A DNA stretch of 64,000 bases from Halocafeteria seosinensis. Its lineage: Eukaryota. The notes beneath the pieces were generated by a model. That model was not told where the DNA came from. It searched no databases and was given only the letters and a program-made list of their open reading frames with translations. Where the stretch lies: the NCBI GenBank assembly GCA_001687465.1, contig LVLI01000069.1, positions 1 through 64,000 on the forward strand, written 5' to 3'. Positions 12,501 to 24,902 of this stretch are shown piece by piece (positions within the stretch are counted from its first letter, which is position 1; every line of letters begins with the position of its first letter). The position numbers were made by a program, and so were the translations under genes.

Positions 12501-13877
12501 TCCTTCGTTGGTTCTATTCCTTGTTTTCGCATGTCGTCAAACAGTGAAAAAGCCATTTGGGGCATCCCTGTAGTCGAACAAGCTCGTATTGCTGCAACGT
12601 AGCATCTGGCATCAGGTATGATTTTCCTCAATTTCATCGAATCGAGAGCATTAATGGCCTGAGTGCGAAGCCCACATCGCCCAGCCAGCTCCATAAACGC
12701 CGCGTACGACCTTTTATCGGGAGATACTTTCGCGCGCCCTGTACGCCTTTGAGTAAGTATTCGCCAATACGATAACCCTGTTTCATATTCACCGGAGTTT
12801 TGAGCTGCCATCAAGCATTCGTGCAAAATAACATTGTTTGGTTGCATCCTCATGGAAAACATCCTATCGAACACGACCAGTGAGTCCATATAGCGTCGAT
12901 GAGAGTTCAACCATTGCATCCACCGTAAGCAGGCATGGGGAGCTGGAACACCACCGTAGCGAGGTAATTCACTCAGCACCTTGTCGGCCAAAACAAATAG
13001 CTTTCGCTGCAAAGACAAAGACGTTAAGGGATATTTGGTGTGCAAATCGGCCACAGCAATATAAGTAGGTACTTACTTCGCAGAGTGTCGTAAGGATGAC
13101 CTCCAGCTTCTTTGCCCGGTTTCTGGTAGATAAGACTATATCCATACTTGATTCCAACGCTCTTTCTGTTATATCCTCTAGCAGTTTTGGATCGTCTAGC
13201 ACGAAGAGTGCTCGCGTTATCAATATCGATGAAGCAGGTTGGTCGCGCAACAGCAAATCGCTCTTCAGTATACTTTCGAAAACGTCCCACACGGTGGTAG
13301 AACCAATAGACCCAAAGGTTTTACTGGCACTATGGTCAGTTTCATGTTCCCCATGCTTAGCTCGAGCACATGTCCAGCCTAGCACACGTGCTGCCGTCCG
13401 AGGGTCCAAATGTGAGGCTAACTTCGGGTCACCGGTTAAGTTCTGTAGTTTCTCGACTGCGTCCAGGATATCTCCATTCATAACGGTAAGCGTTTCCATG
13501 TACTCCTTGACTCCCTTTTCTTTCAAATTCACCTCGGGAAGCCTCTCCCGGATAGCCTGGCCTCCACAATCAGCATCACTAAATGGAATTGCCTCTTCTC
13601 CGCCTTCCAATTCTGTCAGAGTCCGATGATGTTGATGCTCACTGTCATGCCTTTCCTGTTCATCGTGCACCGCAGTATTCGCACACAGACTACGTCTTTG
13701 AGTATTAAAACCTATTCTACTGTAATTTATCCTATTGTTAACATGTGGAGCGTGTATAGCCTTCCTAAAGTGGACCAAGAGTCGCCATGGCAGAGCACCT
13801 TGCCCTACTGTCTTGCCGTTTCCACCTCCTGCAAGACACGCCACAGCGTTCGTTCGCTGTCGTAGAACTCGTATCAT
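9518..13877 (-). CDS. Pentatricopeptide-repeat protein with C-terminal SAP-like motif(s), probably organelle-targeted (2 exons)
   Basis: Intron 13007-13076 (gtaagt...ttgcag) joins the 302-aa and 1178-aa ORFs. PPR motifs include PDKRSYAAFMELAGRCG, PDARCYVAAIRACSTTG and PDVETVNNVLEAAA. SAP-like ITVAQLKAWLTNRGVPTSGLKKYQLVSLV. The N-terminus is Arg-rich and acid-poor. Confidence 0.88.
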
Positions 13878-14603
13878 GGTTGATAATGTACCATGTTAAC
13901 ATTCATGTCATATGTACCCCATGCAGCACACAATACTGAATAAACGTCATCGTCTACAGCCAACTTCACAAATGATTGGTGTCACCGTGTCATTGAGGTA
14001 CAACCCGGTATATACACAAGTTGTAACACAACACAATACATCGACTGAATTTTCGTAGATTGTGATGCGTATAGAGCCATAATACGATGGGGGGCGTACG
14101 ACACTGGTGTACATATTTCACGCTTGGGGAAAACGACGCTACATGATCACTCGATTCTCTGCACAAGTTATTGACACCTGCTGTGTCGATATTTAAACTA
14201 CACATGCGACAGCAGGAGGATCCCTCTTGCAGCGTACAGCTAGTACGAATGGTCTCCGGTCGTGCATAGACAATGGCATAATGCTGTGGCTGTACAGCAC
14301 AGCAGTCCTTGGTGGTACAAGCTGTAAAGCTCCAGGCCTTCAGTTGCATAAAGACCCTCTAACTATGGTAACGAATCTCGTACACACACCCGGACACAAG
14401 TTTCATCCATGTATGTATGTATATATGTTGTACACTGATCATAGATTCAGGTTCACAGAAAGTTGGCAACGGACACTTCATGTTTTGGCGCGGTTGTATA
14501 CCTCTAGCTACGTTTCATACATTCGCTTGACAGTTTGAGTTGAGCAAACAGTGAGGCAAAATTAAATAGAACAGTGGTATGGAGGAAAGCTGAACGACCC
14601 ACC

Positions 14604-16407
14604 ATGCCTCATACTTCTCGAACTCAGGACCGTGCCGATAACACGGGGTCGGAAGATGTGACAGGGATACGTGCAGATAATAAGTCTCCTTTGGAACTCA
14701 CGCGCCTTACTTCGAGGACTGGCAACACCGGGGGAACTGGCAATACCGGCACGCGCTATAAAACGCAGAGGTACTTTGCAACGCTCACTGAGCAAGCAAT
14801 GACTCCACGAACGGTGGAAGCTTGTAAGCGATGTGGAATCTCTCCCTCAGAAATAGCAGTCGAGGCCGCTGAACTCACTCCCACCGCATTGGAAGCTCTA
14901 AAAGAAGAGGGTAGAAGTGAAAATGCCATTGCGTACATTAAGAAACATGTGAAAGCACGGAGGGAAGGCCTGCTAGAGACCGTACGTGTCGAGAGGAACA
15001 AGATGATACGAGCAGATGAAACATCCATGGCATTGGAGGAGCATTTTTTGAGCAATGTAGACGGATCGACTGTACGGTCACCTCAGAAGTCAGGAAGAGA
15101 GTCTAGTAAGGAACTCGGAGGAGTGGCTGGGAACCTGGTAGCGTTTGAGAAGCGACGGATGGAACAAGCGAAGGAGAAATTAGAGCAAGAAATGACCAAA
15201 CATTTAGAAAATGAAATTGCAAACGCGGAGAAAGAGCGCCAGCAGAAGATCAAAGACGATATGTTAGAGCAAGCCCGGAGACGGCAAGCCGCAGCAATCG
15301 AACGCAACCGTAAAGAGGAAGCTGCGAAGCGAAGGAAGGAACAAGATCGAAAGCGGCGGGAAGAGGAGCTCCGATACGAAGCAAAACAAAAGGAAATACG
15401 CCAACAGTTAGCCGCAGAAAGGGAAAAGGAGATGGCATTGGAATTTCAGAGGCAGCAGGAATTGCAAAAGATACGTGCGCGAGAAAAGGAGAGAGAAGAA
15501 ATCCTGGAACAGCGACAACGGGACTTAGACGAAAAGCATCGTCGAGAGGAAGAAGAAATGATGGAGAAGTTGCGAGATATGGAACAGCGCGAAGAACAAC
15601 GGGAACAAGCATTGGAACGGCATAAGGCTCAATTAAGGAGGCAGGCAGAGGAGAAGGCTCAGCAGCATGCGGAAAGGATGCAACGTGTACGCGAACGAGA
15701 TGCGGAACAAATTCGCCAAAAACGTGAAGCATTTGACAGAAAACAGCAAGAAAACCAGAAGAAAGCAGAAGAACAGGAAAAGCAGAGACAGGTAAGCCAG
15801 TTGTGCTTCGGCAGATTTCGACTCGTATATCGTGTCTTATAATCTATACAGATACTCTTCAAAGAGAAAGAAAAAGCTCGACTTGCAAAGGAAAGACAGA
15901 TACAACAAGCGCTGCGCCAAGCGGAGAGGCAAGAAGAAGACAGAATCAATGGGATTATCAAGAACAACGAGGAGAAAGAGCGCGCGGCCAGAGAAATCAG
16001 GCGAGCAAGGGCTGAGGCTGATGAGATTAAGTGCCTACAGGAAGAACTACACAAGAAAGAAAAGCTAGCAGCAATCCGCAGAAAGCAGAAGGCAAACAAT
16101 TACAAGCGGATGCAATTCTGGGAGAAGAATGCTAAAGACGATGAGAAAATGCGGAGAATGTACGAAACTAAGCAGCATCTATTGCAACAGCGACAGGATA
16201 TCCGCCGGAAAGTAAGCAGCTAACCAACATTTTGTCGGAAGAAGAAAATCTTGTGAGCTGTATTGCTTTGTCCCCCTGCAGGTCATGATCCAGAAACATA
16301 CCCTCAAGGATGAAATGGATACACTGAGGATAACAAACAACTTCGATGCTCTCAAGAGCAAGATTCGAACTAAACCAGCTAGCGAAACAGGCCAAGAGGC
16401 GGCTTAG
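14604..16407 (+). CDS. Long E/K/R/Q-rich coiled-coil protein (3 exons), possibly cytoskeletal or ciliary
   Basis: The 422-aa ORF is extended by GT-AG introns at ~15792-15851 and 16212-16281 to a TAG at 16405-16407. An N-terminal [18 protein letters not shown] motif precedes an extended charged helix. Confidence 0.75.
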
Positions 16408-17760
16408 TTCGCCCTCTTCCTGATCTCCTCTAGCTCATCCTCCGAGAACCGCTGTCCATACCGAGCAAATGTCTGAGAGACAATTAATGGGAAAATCGTT
16501 GATGCATCGGCACAAACTTTCACAGGTTTCGCGGTCAACCGAATTTTGCCCCAACTAACTGCTTCATCCGGTTGAGCACCTGAATCACTCCCATCAAACT
16601 CTTGTCCAGTATTAATGAACAAGCTGTAATCTGCTCCATTCCGCATAAGGTTGGCGTTGCAAACATGATGTTTCACCAGACCTCCTCCGAGGATAATCAT
16701 TCCTGTACGCTTCGCTTTTATAGCCTTGTCATTTAACCGACGGATGTCGTCCACTATGTCCAGAATAAAGCCCTCGCGTCTGTAGGACTGGAAATATAGC
16801 ATATCCCCTATTGAGCCGTCAGTAATCGCGGGACTAAATATAGGGATGTCATTCTTCGCAGCCCAATATAATACGGAGTCAGGATCATTGATTTCTAATC
16901 CAAGCCTTTTTATCATCTTAGAAGGAGTCCAATGGATACCCTGTAGAAAGTGCCGAGTATCAGGATAGACTTCCATAAGTCGGCTTGATAATTTAGATGA
17001 CTCACCTGATTATCTTGCTCATCATGCATTTTTTCTAATATCGGGGTAAGCCAATCTTCAAACTTGCAGTAGTTGTCATTGGGTACAATTAAATTTCCAA
17101 TTCTATTGTGCCCTTTTTTCCGCAAGTCGGCTCCTCTTAAGCTAAAGTCCCCAATATAATGCGGCGCCAAGCATTTCATTAAGTCCTCTTCAATACCACC
17201 TCCTGTAGTTACGAGAACGTCCACCATTTTGTGCTGTACGAGAAAGCGAATCACCTCTCTTATTCCGCAGCTAATCATGTTGCTCGTGAAACTGAGAAAT
17301 ATTGTACACTTCGTATGCGCGCGAACTTCCGGATCCCTGAAGTCCTCATCTTCATCCTGCGCAATCGATTCATCACTCAGCCGCCAGTTTATCTGCAAAG
17401 TAAAATGACGATAGATCCTACATGCAAGGGGAATCCAAACGTATGTCTCAATAGCGAAATGTGCTCACCATTCTATTCACTTCGTTTATGGCTTTGGCAA
17501 CGTGAGTAGCCTGGAAGCCGATCGTGCTGTACGCTTCCATTAGTTTATCCAAGTCACATGGCTTATTGAAATCCGGTCTGCGTACCAATAGCAAGCGATT
17601 ATGTCTCTTCCGTGCGAATATCCTTCGATAGCGCTCAAACGTACCCTCTGACCTTCTCTACGCCTTCTGGAATCGGTGCACTGGCCTGCAGCACAGCCTC
17701 CGTCGCAACACCGGGTAGCTGTTGGCCATTTTGCTCTTGGTTTGACGTATTGGATGACAT
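16404..17760 (-). CDS. DHPS: Deoxyhypusine synthase (multi-exon)
   Basis: Motifs [48 protein letters not shown] and [17 protein letters not shown]. Introns join the exons from MSSNTSNQ at 17760. Confidence 0.97.
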
Positions 17761-18655
17761 CGTAAACGAGACGAAGAGACTAAATTGTGGATATTTCACC
17801 AGGTATATGGAAGAAACATTCGTATTGGGCTTTATTACACTGGTAATAGCCATTGAGTCACTGTAGCATCTTCACAAAATGGAGGCGGAATTTGGGAAGT
17901 TTGCCAAACTGCAGGCACTGCATTCTAAGGATGCCCGCGTGCCTCGACTTTAGCATGTCATTCAGTGATTGTGGTACGCAGCTATTTTGCAATGCTTGTT
18001 TTATTTCATCAGTGCTGCATTCAGCGGCAGTGGACGTTACTGCACTCTAGTCTCGAGTCACATTGCTGGAAGTGAATAGACTTAGTGTGGCTAGACTGTC
18101 TAGACACTTCCACAGAAGCTCTACCCCAAATCGCCGCTGAGGCATGAACTATCTGGTTCTGATTTCATCTACAATACGCGCAGTATTCGATTTTTCATTT
18201 TCTAAAAGAATAGGCCACGTGGCGGAGTTGTGGGAGCACATCCAGACGCTAAATAAACATGCAAAGTTAGTAATGTAGTACAGAGCCCTTACGTTGGACG
18301 AATCACCTTAATCAATCCCTTCTATCGCTTTCAAATGTTTTCCCTCAGTTTAGATGCATTCTTACTGGTGTCCGTTGCGAACTGCACTCCTTCGACTTCT
18401 TGCTTGAAGCGGAAATTTTGGAAGACGTCTATACGTGTCCGCCTCGCTCTTCTATTTACATCAGAGGCTCACACCTTATGAGTCTCTTTGTATCGTACTG
18501 TAACAGTCAAGCAAATTCTGTACACGTCTACACATAGTATGTCAGACAGAATCATGATAGTTTCTCGTCAACTTTGCAGAGGGGGTTGTGGCCACGCGCA
18601 TTTTTCCCCCCTTCAGCAGGGGATCCCTTCTGCTGCCACAATTAGAAGGACCTCA

Positions 18656-20679
18656 ATGGTACTTCACTCGGCTCATGCTTTACTATCACTAATAACAGTT
18701 CTAGTAGCGACAAGCAGCACAGTGGCGGGCTCTCGGGATGAAGATCATCCATTCTACAAAGAGGATCTTAAGCTTGTAGGTCATATCACAGACGTTCACC
18801 CACGCGTGATCAACACAAGAGGAGGTAAGAGTGTGATAATTGGACTGATATACGTTCATTCCACCTAGCACGGTTTAGTTGCTGAACAGAAAACCTAATG
18901 ATCAATTTCGAGGGCAAGATCTCTGAGGAGGGAACCAGCGTAGCTTTGTTCTATGGAGATCCTATGCAGGATCTGACGTGCCCTTGTATAATTAAAGAAA
19001 CGGAAGCCACAGAAAATGGAGCCATCAAGTCAAAAGCAGAATGTAGCCTGATGACTATTTCGGCAAAAATGGAATACTGGATGATCTTGAATCCTCATAC
19101 TCGAGCAGCTGCTCTAGGAATGTTCTCTGTCGAATTTCTCGCCCCTACAATAGAGAAAGTCCAATCAGACGGTACAGAGCTTCATACCGGCGGTAAAAAC
19201 CTTCTCACATTGTTTGGAACAAATTTTGGAGTCCTTGGAGACGAAGCTGTAGTAACGTACGGTGAGATAACAGGTAAGCCACTCGAAGTTTCGATCTTTC
19301 TGGCCTGAATGACGCCCTCATGTGACGCGCGCTCACTCAACCTCTCGTATTCGCAGGAGAAGAGTATCTTGCCGATGATTGTCTGGTCACAAATATCGAT
19401 GGACCATTTGATAGGATTCAATGCCTCTCAGCGGCAGGTAACGTAGAAAAGCGAACACCTGATCCATGCCTGGAATGCTTTAAGCTTATCATGCTTCTTT
19501 TTGCTTCTCTCAGGACATGGAAGGGTGGCCGTCGTAAAGCTCCGAGTAGATCATGGGATAGCGGAGCTTCGTCTGCCGACAGCGATTGATTATGCCCGTC
19601 CAGTGATATCCCAAGCTCACGTTGACTCGTCCTCTAATCAGTACATCTCACCTAACGGTGGTGACCTGATACAGGTAAGTTTCGCTTAAAGTGGTGACAA
19701 CGTCCAGCATTCTTGCGAGTATTAAAAATACATCGTCTCCTCTTTCCAGATCTGGGGAAGGCATCTTGGTGACGATGTTCCTCGGGTTCGATACTTTAAC
19801 GAAGAGCAGGGTTTATCTTATGTTGCGGAAGACTGTAGAGTGACAGTGAAACACGTCGGCGTCGAGTGTTATACGGTTCCTGGTATCGGCTCCGACCTTA
19901 AGGTTCAAATTGAAACTGCAGGCGGCACCTCCGCAATACTGGATGACACCCCTTCCCTTTCGTATATACCGCCAACTATAAAAAATGTAACTCTCGAGTT
20001 CGAGAATGCACCTCTGAAAACTCAAGACGGAGGAACGCTCTTGATATGGGGGAAACACTTTGGTCCCCTAGAGAAATACGGGAAGTTGAGCTGTGGTAAT
20101 TGGCGAATTCCCAACAGGTTCAGCGGGGAGTGCGTCGTTAAGGAGCCCCACGCTATAAATCTTCGCTCTGATAAAGTCCCGAAAAAGATGCAAGGGCTTG
20201 AGATCATGAAGTGCTTCCTGAAAGAAGGTGTTGGAGCCTTAAGTGAGTTCCAAGTGGAAATCCAGGGCACGAAGAGCCCAGTCTACCACTCCATCCAGAT
20301 TATTCAGTTTGCCCCGCCTACAATAGAAAAGGTTGGAAAAGTTAATGATAATGGTCTGTCGGACGAATGGAAATTCTCGCATAAAGGTGGCGAAACATTT
20401 GCTATTGTGGGCTCTAACTTTGGCCCTAAGGGAACTGGAGTGAGGGTTCAATACAGCACCTCCTTTGGATTGACCTATACCGCCGTGAACTGCCAGGTGA
20501 CTGAAGCCCATAGAACCATTCAGTGCTACACAGCTCCGGGAAGTGGGAAAACTTGGGAAATTTGGGTGAGTATTGAATCTACTTCCTCGGTTCGACGATT
20601 CCAAAGCCAAGTTGGTTACGAAGACACGCATGTGGAGATCGAACTGGACAACAACGGAAACTTCGAGACTTCTAACTAA
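18656..20679 (+). CDS. Secreted or surface protein with several IPT/TIG-like immunoglobulin-fold repeats (multi-exon)
   Basis: Hydrophobic signal-peptide-like start MVLHSAHALLSLITVLVATSSTVAG. Repeated P.I..V...T.GG..L.I.G.[NH]FG ... C.V......I.C.T.PG.G motifs. Confidence 0.75.
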
Positions 20680-20702
20680 ATGCATGTATATTATCAAAGC
20701 CA

Positions 20703-22675
20703 CTATCTGGAACCAAAACCTAGATATCCTTGAAATGCTTGCCGTCTAGCACGTGCATCAACGTCAGAACTTGTAAGAGTTCTTCGCATTTGAGGTTGTT
20801 GGGCTTCTGATTTTCCAGCTTCACCCGCCACTTGTCCTTCGAACTGAAAATGCCTTTCTTGTGGAGGCGCAACTCTACGCATAGGAGTCGGAGGTATAAT
20901 CTGCGATGCAGGAGCAGGTGCAGGAACGGTTGTATTGATGTTCCATACGTCTTCCACCATTTCTTCATCGCCTTCTGAGCCTGACTCTACTGATTTGTAG
21001 TCTACTTCGTTGAGGGCCAGTCTTTCTTTACGATGGTTCTTGTGTTCGTTCGGATTCTGTGACATGCTATTTAGGATTCTGGTGGCTTCTACAGCTCCTT
21101 GGTTCCACGATGAGCCGTTATCGAAGTATCCTTCCTGTTCAGTCTGCGGAGCTTGTTGTAGCGGCTGTGGGTAGAGTTGAGAACTCGAAGATGACGCAGA
21201 AAAGAAAGAACCCTGTGGATCGCTCATGGTGCGATGCGAGGGACGCGATGCACCTCTTATTCCAGTCGGATTCACGGAGTGCATCGAATTAGCTGAGTGC
21301 ATTGCTGAGACGCCCGAAGGGACAGAACTGTGAAACGAACCAACATCGAATGAATGATGGCGCTGCATACTGGCCTGCGAACGATTCATGGCGTATGGAC
21401 CGCTTTCCGAGGAGTGAAACGATGATCCACTTTGAAACTGTTGCGCTCCGTGCATGCTTCTATAATGTTCGGCAGCTTTTGCCGATGATATGTCTTCCGA
21501 GGACTTGTACGGATCGTACTGATTGTACCTTTGGGGCTGCTGGTGGTATGACATGCCTTGCAAACTGAATCCTGAATCCGAAAATGACCTTTGGTACTGT
21601 GGTTGACCACTCCACATAGCACCACTGCTAACAGGTTGAGCCTGTTCATGGCGAGGTACACCCGTTCCATGCTGCATATATTGTTCATCCTGTGCAGTTT
21701 GCTGTGGAGGACTATAGTATCGGCCTCCACTTGCCGGTCCACCCTGAACACTGTGCCCAAGGCTCACCCCTCCACTTTGTTGGATTCCTCCGTGTCCTTG
21801 ATAATAATACATATCTCTATCAAATCGTGTATCTACTGGAGTACTTGGTTGACGCATTCTATACATGCTCTCAGATGGAGGCTGCCCTAGAGGGGAGTGA
21901 TGCTGCTGCTGAGGAAACATTTCCGCGTAGTTGGAGACCGGAGGAGGATAAGATGAGCCACTGGGAGGCCGCGAAGCAGGAGTTTGAGCTTGTTGCTCTT
22001 CGTATGCTTGTCCAAAAAAGAATCTTTGCTGTTGATTTCCTCCCTTTGGGCGCACAGGCGAGAATAAGCCACCTGGAGTTGCCTGCTCTGCAGGATGTGA
22101 AGCTCGACCCCACTCGACCCCATTTCCAGAAGGATGCTGAGGCTCTATTGTTCTAGGATTTTCCGCTAATCCACTTCCTGAATAATGAGAGAGTCCTTGA
22201 GTTTGTATCGGCATCATCTGCGTGGGTTGTAACGGGTGAGATCGCCTGTTGGCCAGGCTCGTAGTGAACATGCGTCTTAACGACGTACCTGTTGTACTGC
22301 TCCTGTTGCCTCGCCAGTGATAGATTCAGGTGGTTCATGGAAATTAGTTTTCGTATGTGTTCCTCTTAAGTTCCTCGCAATCTGTTTACACACACACGGT
22401 TGAAGAAGGTGCGATAGTTTGGAAGAATACAAGCTGTAAACGCTCACCTTATCGTACGCGATGGCAGCCTCTAACTCATCCGCAAAGTAACCAACATGTA
22501 TCCTTTTTCCATCATGACGTATTTGCACTGCCCATCTCTGGCTCGATTTGTGCCACGATACCTGTGGGGAGGAGACCGAAAACCATATCCTTTACCCCTG
22601 AGTCAAAATGCGAGGATCGAAACCATCACTCACTCCATAATACCGGCTGGTAAATTTTTTCCTTGGGGGATCCAT
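20703..22675 (-). CDS. AP2/ERF-domain transcription factor with a long Q/S/H/P-rich low-complexity tail (4 exons)
   Basis: Spliced N-terminus MDPPRKKFTSRYYG|VSWHKSSQRWAVQIRHDGKRIHVGYFADELEAAIAYDK|IARNLRGTHTKTNF is an AP2 domain. A 71-nt intron ending ...cccacgcag joins it in frame to MMPIQTQG of the 522-aa ORF. Confidence 0.88.
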
Positions 22676-24902
22676 ATCCACACACCCTTATCCTATCTGG
22701 CTCTATATTACGAATGGGGGTTGAATGTGGTGCCACAACAAACCCTGCATGTCATGCATATGTACGAATGCGGTAGAATCACCGGAACACGGACCCTGCA
22801 CGCGCCGATACCCAGGGGGCAGATCGCATGCTCGGACGCAGTAGAGGTAACGTCCTCTTTAAAAACAAGGTTAACAGGCTTGAAGGATCACTTGTTCATC
22901 CTCTTCAGAATCTTAAAGGGGTCTATACAGTTCACGAATGAGCCTGATGCATTGGCTGTGTCGTTATGCTTCACGAGCATGCCGGTTTCAACCATGCCCT
23001 CAGCCGACTTGTCGTCGTCTGCCCTTCCCTTGTTCGGGACAACAGCGGGGAACTACTTCAAACAAGAATGCAAGTTGTCTAATCAGGAGGCCTATCCACA
23101 TCTCTCCATTCCCTTCTATATCATTAACCCGAAGGTGTTCTCAACATTGTCCTAAACGACGTCGGACGACAGACCGGAGTTCTCTTAATGCAGGTGATTC
23201 AAAAGCCAGTTTGAGTCCCCCCTCAAACAGCCGCTTCAAGTTGCCAACAGATGACTCTTGGCGTGTCATCCCCTACAATAACCCGTTATCAGAGTATGCG
23301 CGAAGCATTCTAATATGCACTCTGTAACCATCTCGTCTCAAGGACTTTCGTGCGGGGAGAGCCAGTTCCAAACGAAGCTGGCCTCGTCGGCCCCGTTTCA
23401 AAGCTAGCCAGTGTATGTAACATAGAGAGACATTCTATGTCCCAAGGTTAACTTACGAGTACAAGCTAGACGGTCACGGATACCAATATGGTCTTTATGA
23501 TGGTTCAATCCACAAGATGCTTTCTTGACATTCGATTGTGAAGAGACTCCTATCATATGCAGTACTGAATGTTCTAAGGCTGATCCTTTTCTGATGTGTT
23601 AGCGCGCCCTAGTACGACTACGAGTGCACTCCTCTTCCTCTATCTGCCGTGCATGCATCAAACAGATTTCCAAGGAAGCTGCTGGCAAACACGCACGTAA
23701 CAACACTATCAAGTATACCGTCTATAGGTCATGAGCAGGGCTGGCTATTCGGCGCGGACTCCGCTTGGAAAGCCAGTCGCACACTCTTTTGAGTCACCAC
23801 AGAGACAAACAAACGTAATGTAAGATCTAGGCTGGCTTGATTTCCTTTGGTTGATAGCTTTGAATCAAGATCACGGATCAGGAAGAGAAGTACGGCCAGA
23901 TGCAGGAGGAAAAAGCAAGTGGGCAACCGTTTGTTGAGGGTAAAAGGGAGGACGACTCTCACTCCGGACTCATTGCCTTGACTTCGGTCGGCCCGAAAAC
24001 GTGTTCCAGACCGCAGATGAAGGTACAGCGCTTCGGATCGTAAAGCATGGGGTTGCCACGCTCCACGGCCAGGCTCAGACAGCCCCGGTACCTTTTGGGA
24101 ATAAGTGACAGTAAAGGAAGTAGGGAGTGCTTCCTTGACCGTAAACAGAACACCAAGTGGAACGACTCCACGTCTCTGGCTCTTTCGCAGCTGGAGCACC
24201 CATCCGCAAGCGCCCTCCATCGCCATAGCCAGGATATGCACAGCACCACGAACAGGTGGTAGGCGTAAGTATTTTGGTTATAGTACACGGTGAGAAAGTA
24301 ACCAACTTGAGGTCACCTGAAACCAACGAAATGGAGCGTGAGATGACTGAGAGGGCTGGGCAAAAAGTGCAGACATCTTCCGCGTTTCAGGGGCAACGGA
24401 GTTAGTTACAGTCCAGGAACATGGGGACCAAGCCACTATGAGTTTCCACCGATGAAGGCTTGCCTGTCAGTGGGCTTGGGGAACCCACCAAATCAAGAGG
24501 GATGAGCACAGCTCTGTGAGCTGAGGACGCAAGGTCTATACTCTTACGATCAGACGCTTTACTTGTACATTTCTCTGGAACCCTGATCCATCTTGCATTG
24601 GTCTGCTACATATGTGTCTTCATTGACATGCTGGAGAGCATAACCTACTGGTGGATGGTAACTATGCCAACTAAATATACGACACACATATCTTGGCAAT
24701 CCGCGCTAACATGAGTTCGTTGAGCACTACTTCGTTAAACGTTTACATGTCAAAATGAATACGCTATGCCCAATATCATTCGTCCGTACCTTTCTTACAA
24801 CTAAGAATTGTTGTCATAGTGTCTGCTTCATATTGTTAGCGCAATCTCCTCCAACGTCTGCAGGCTCAACAGTCTTCACGACAACAAACAAAGTTGAGCA
24901 CC

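Noticed and set aside
22153..22290. Alternative proximal acceptor that would yield a short AP2-only protein and a separate overlapping ORF
   Set aside because: It needs a 43-nt intron, shorter than others here. The 71-nt intron with a branch-like ctcac joins the AP2 domain to the long ORF in frame.
22496..24326. ORFs 22496..23155 (+), 23729..24241 (-) and neighbours
   Set aside because: No recognisable domains. The first overlaps the AP2 gene antisense, and none has convincing coding features.
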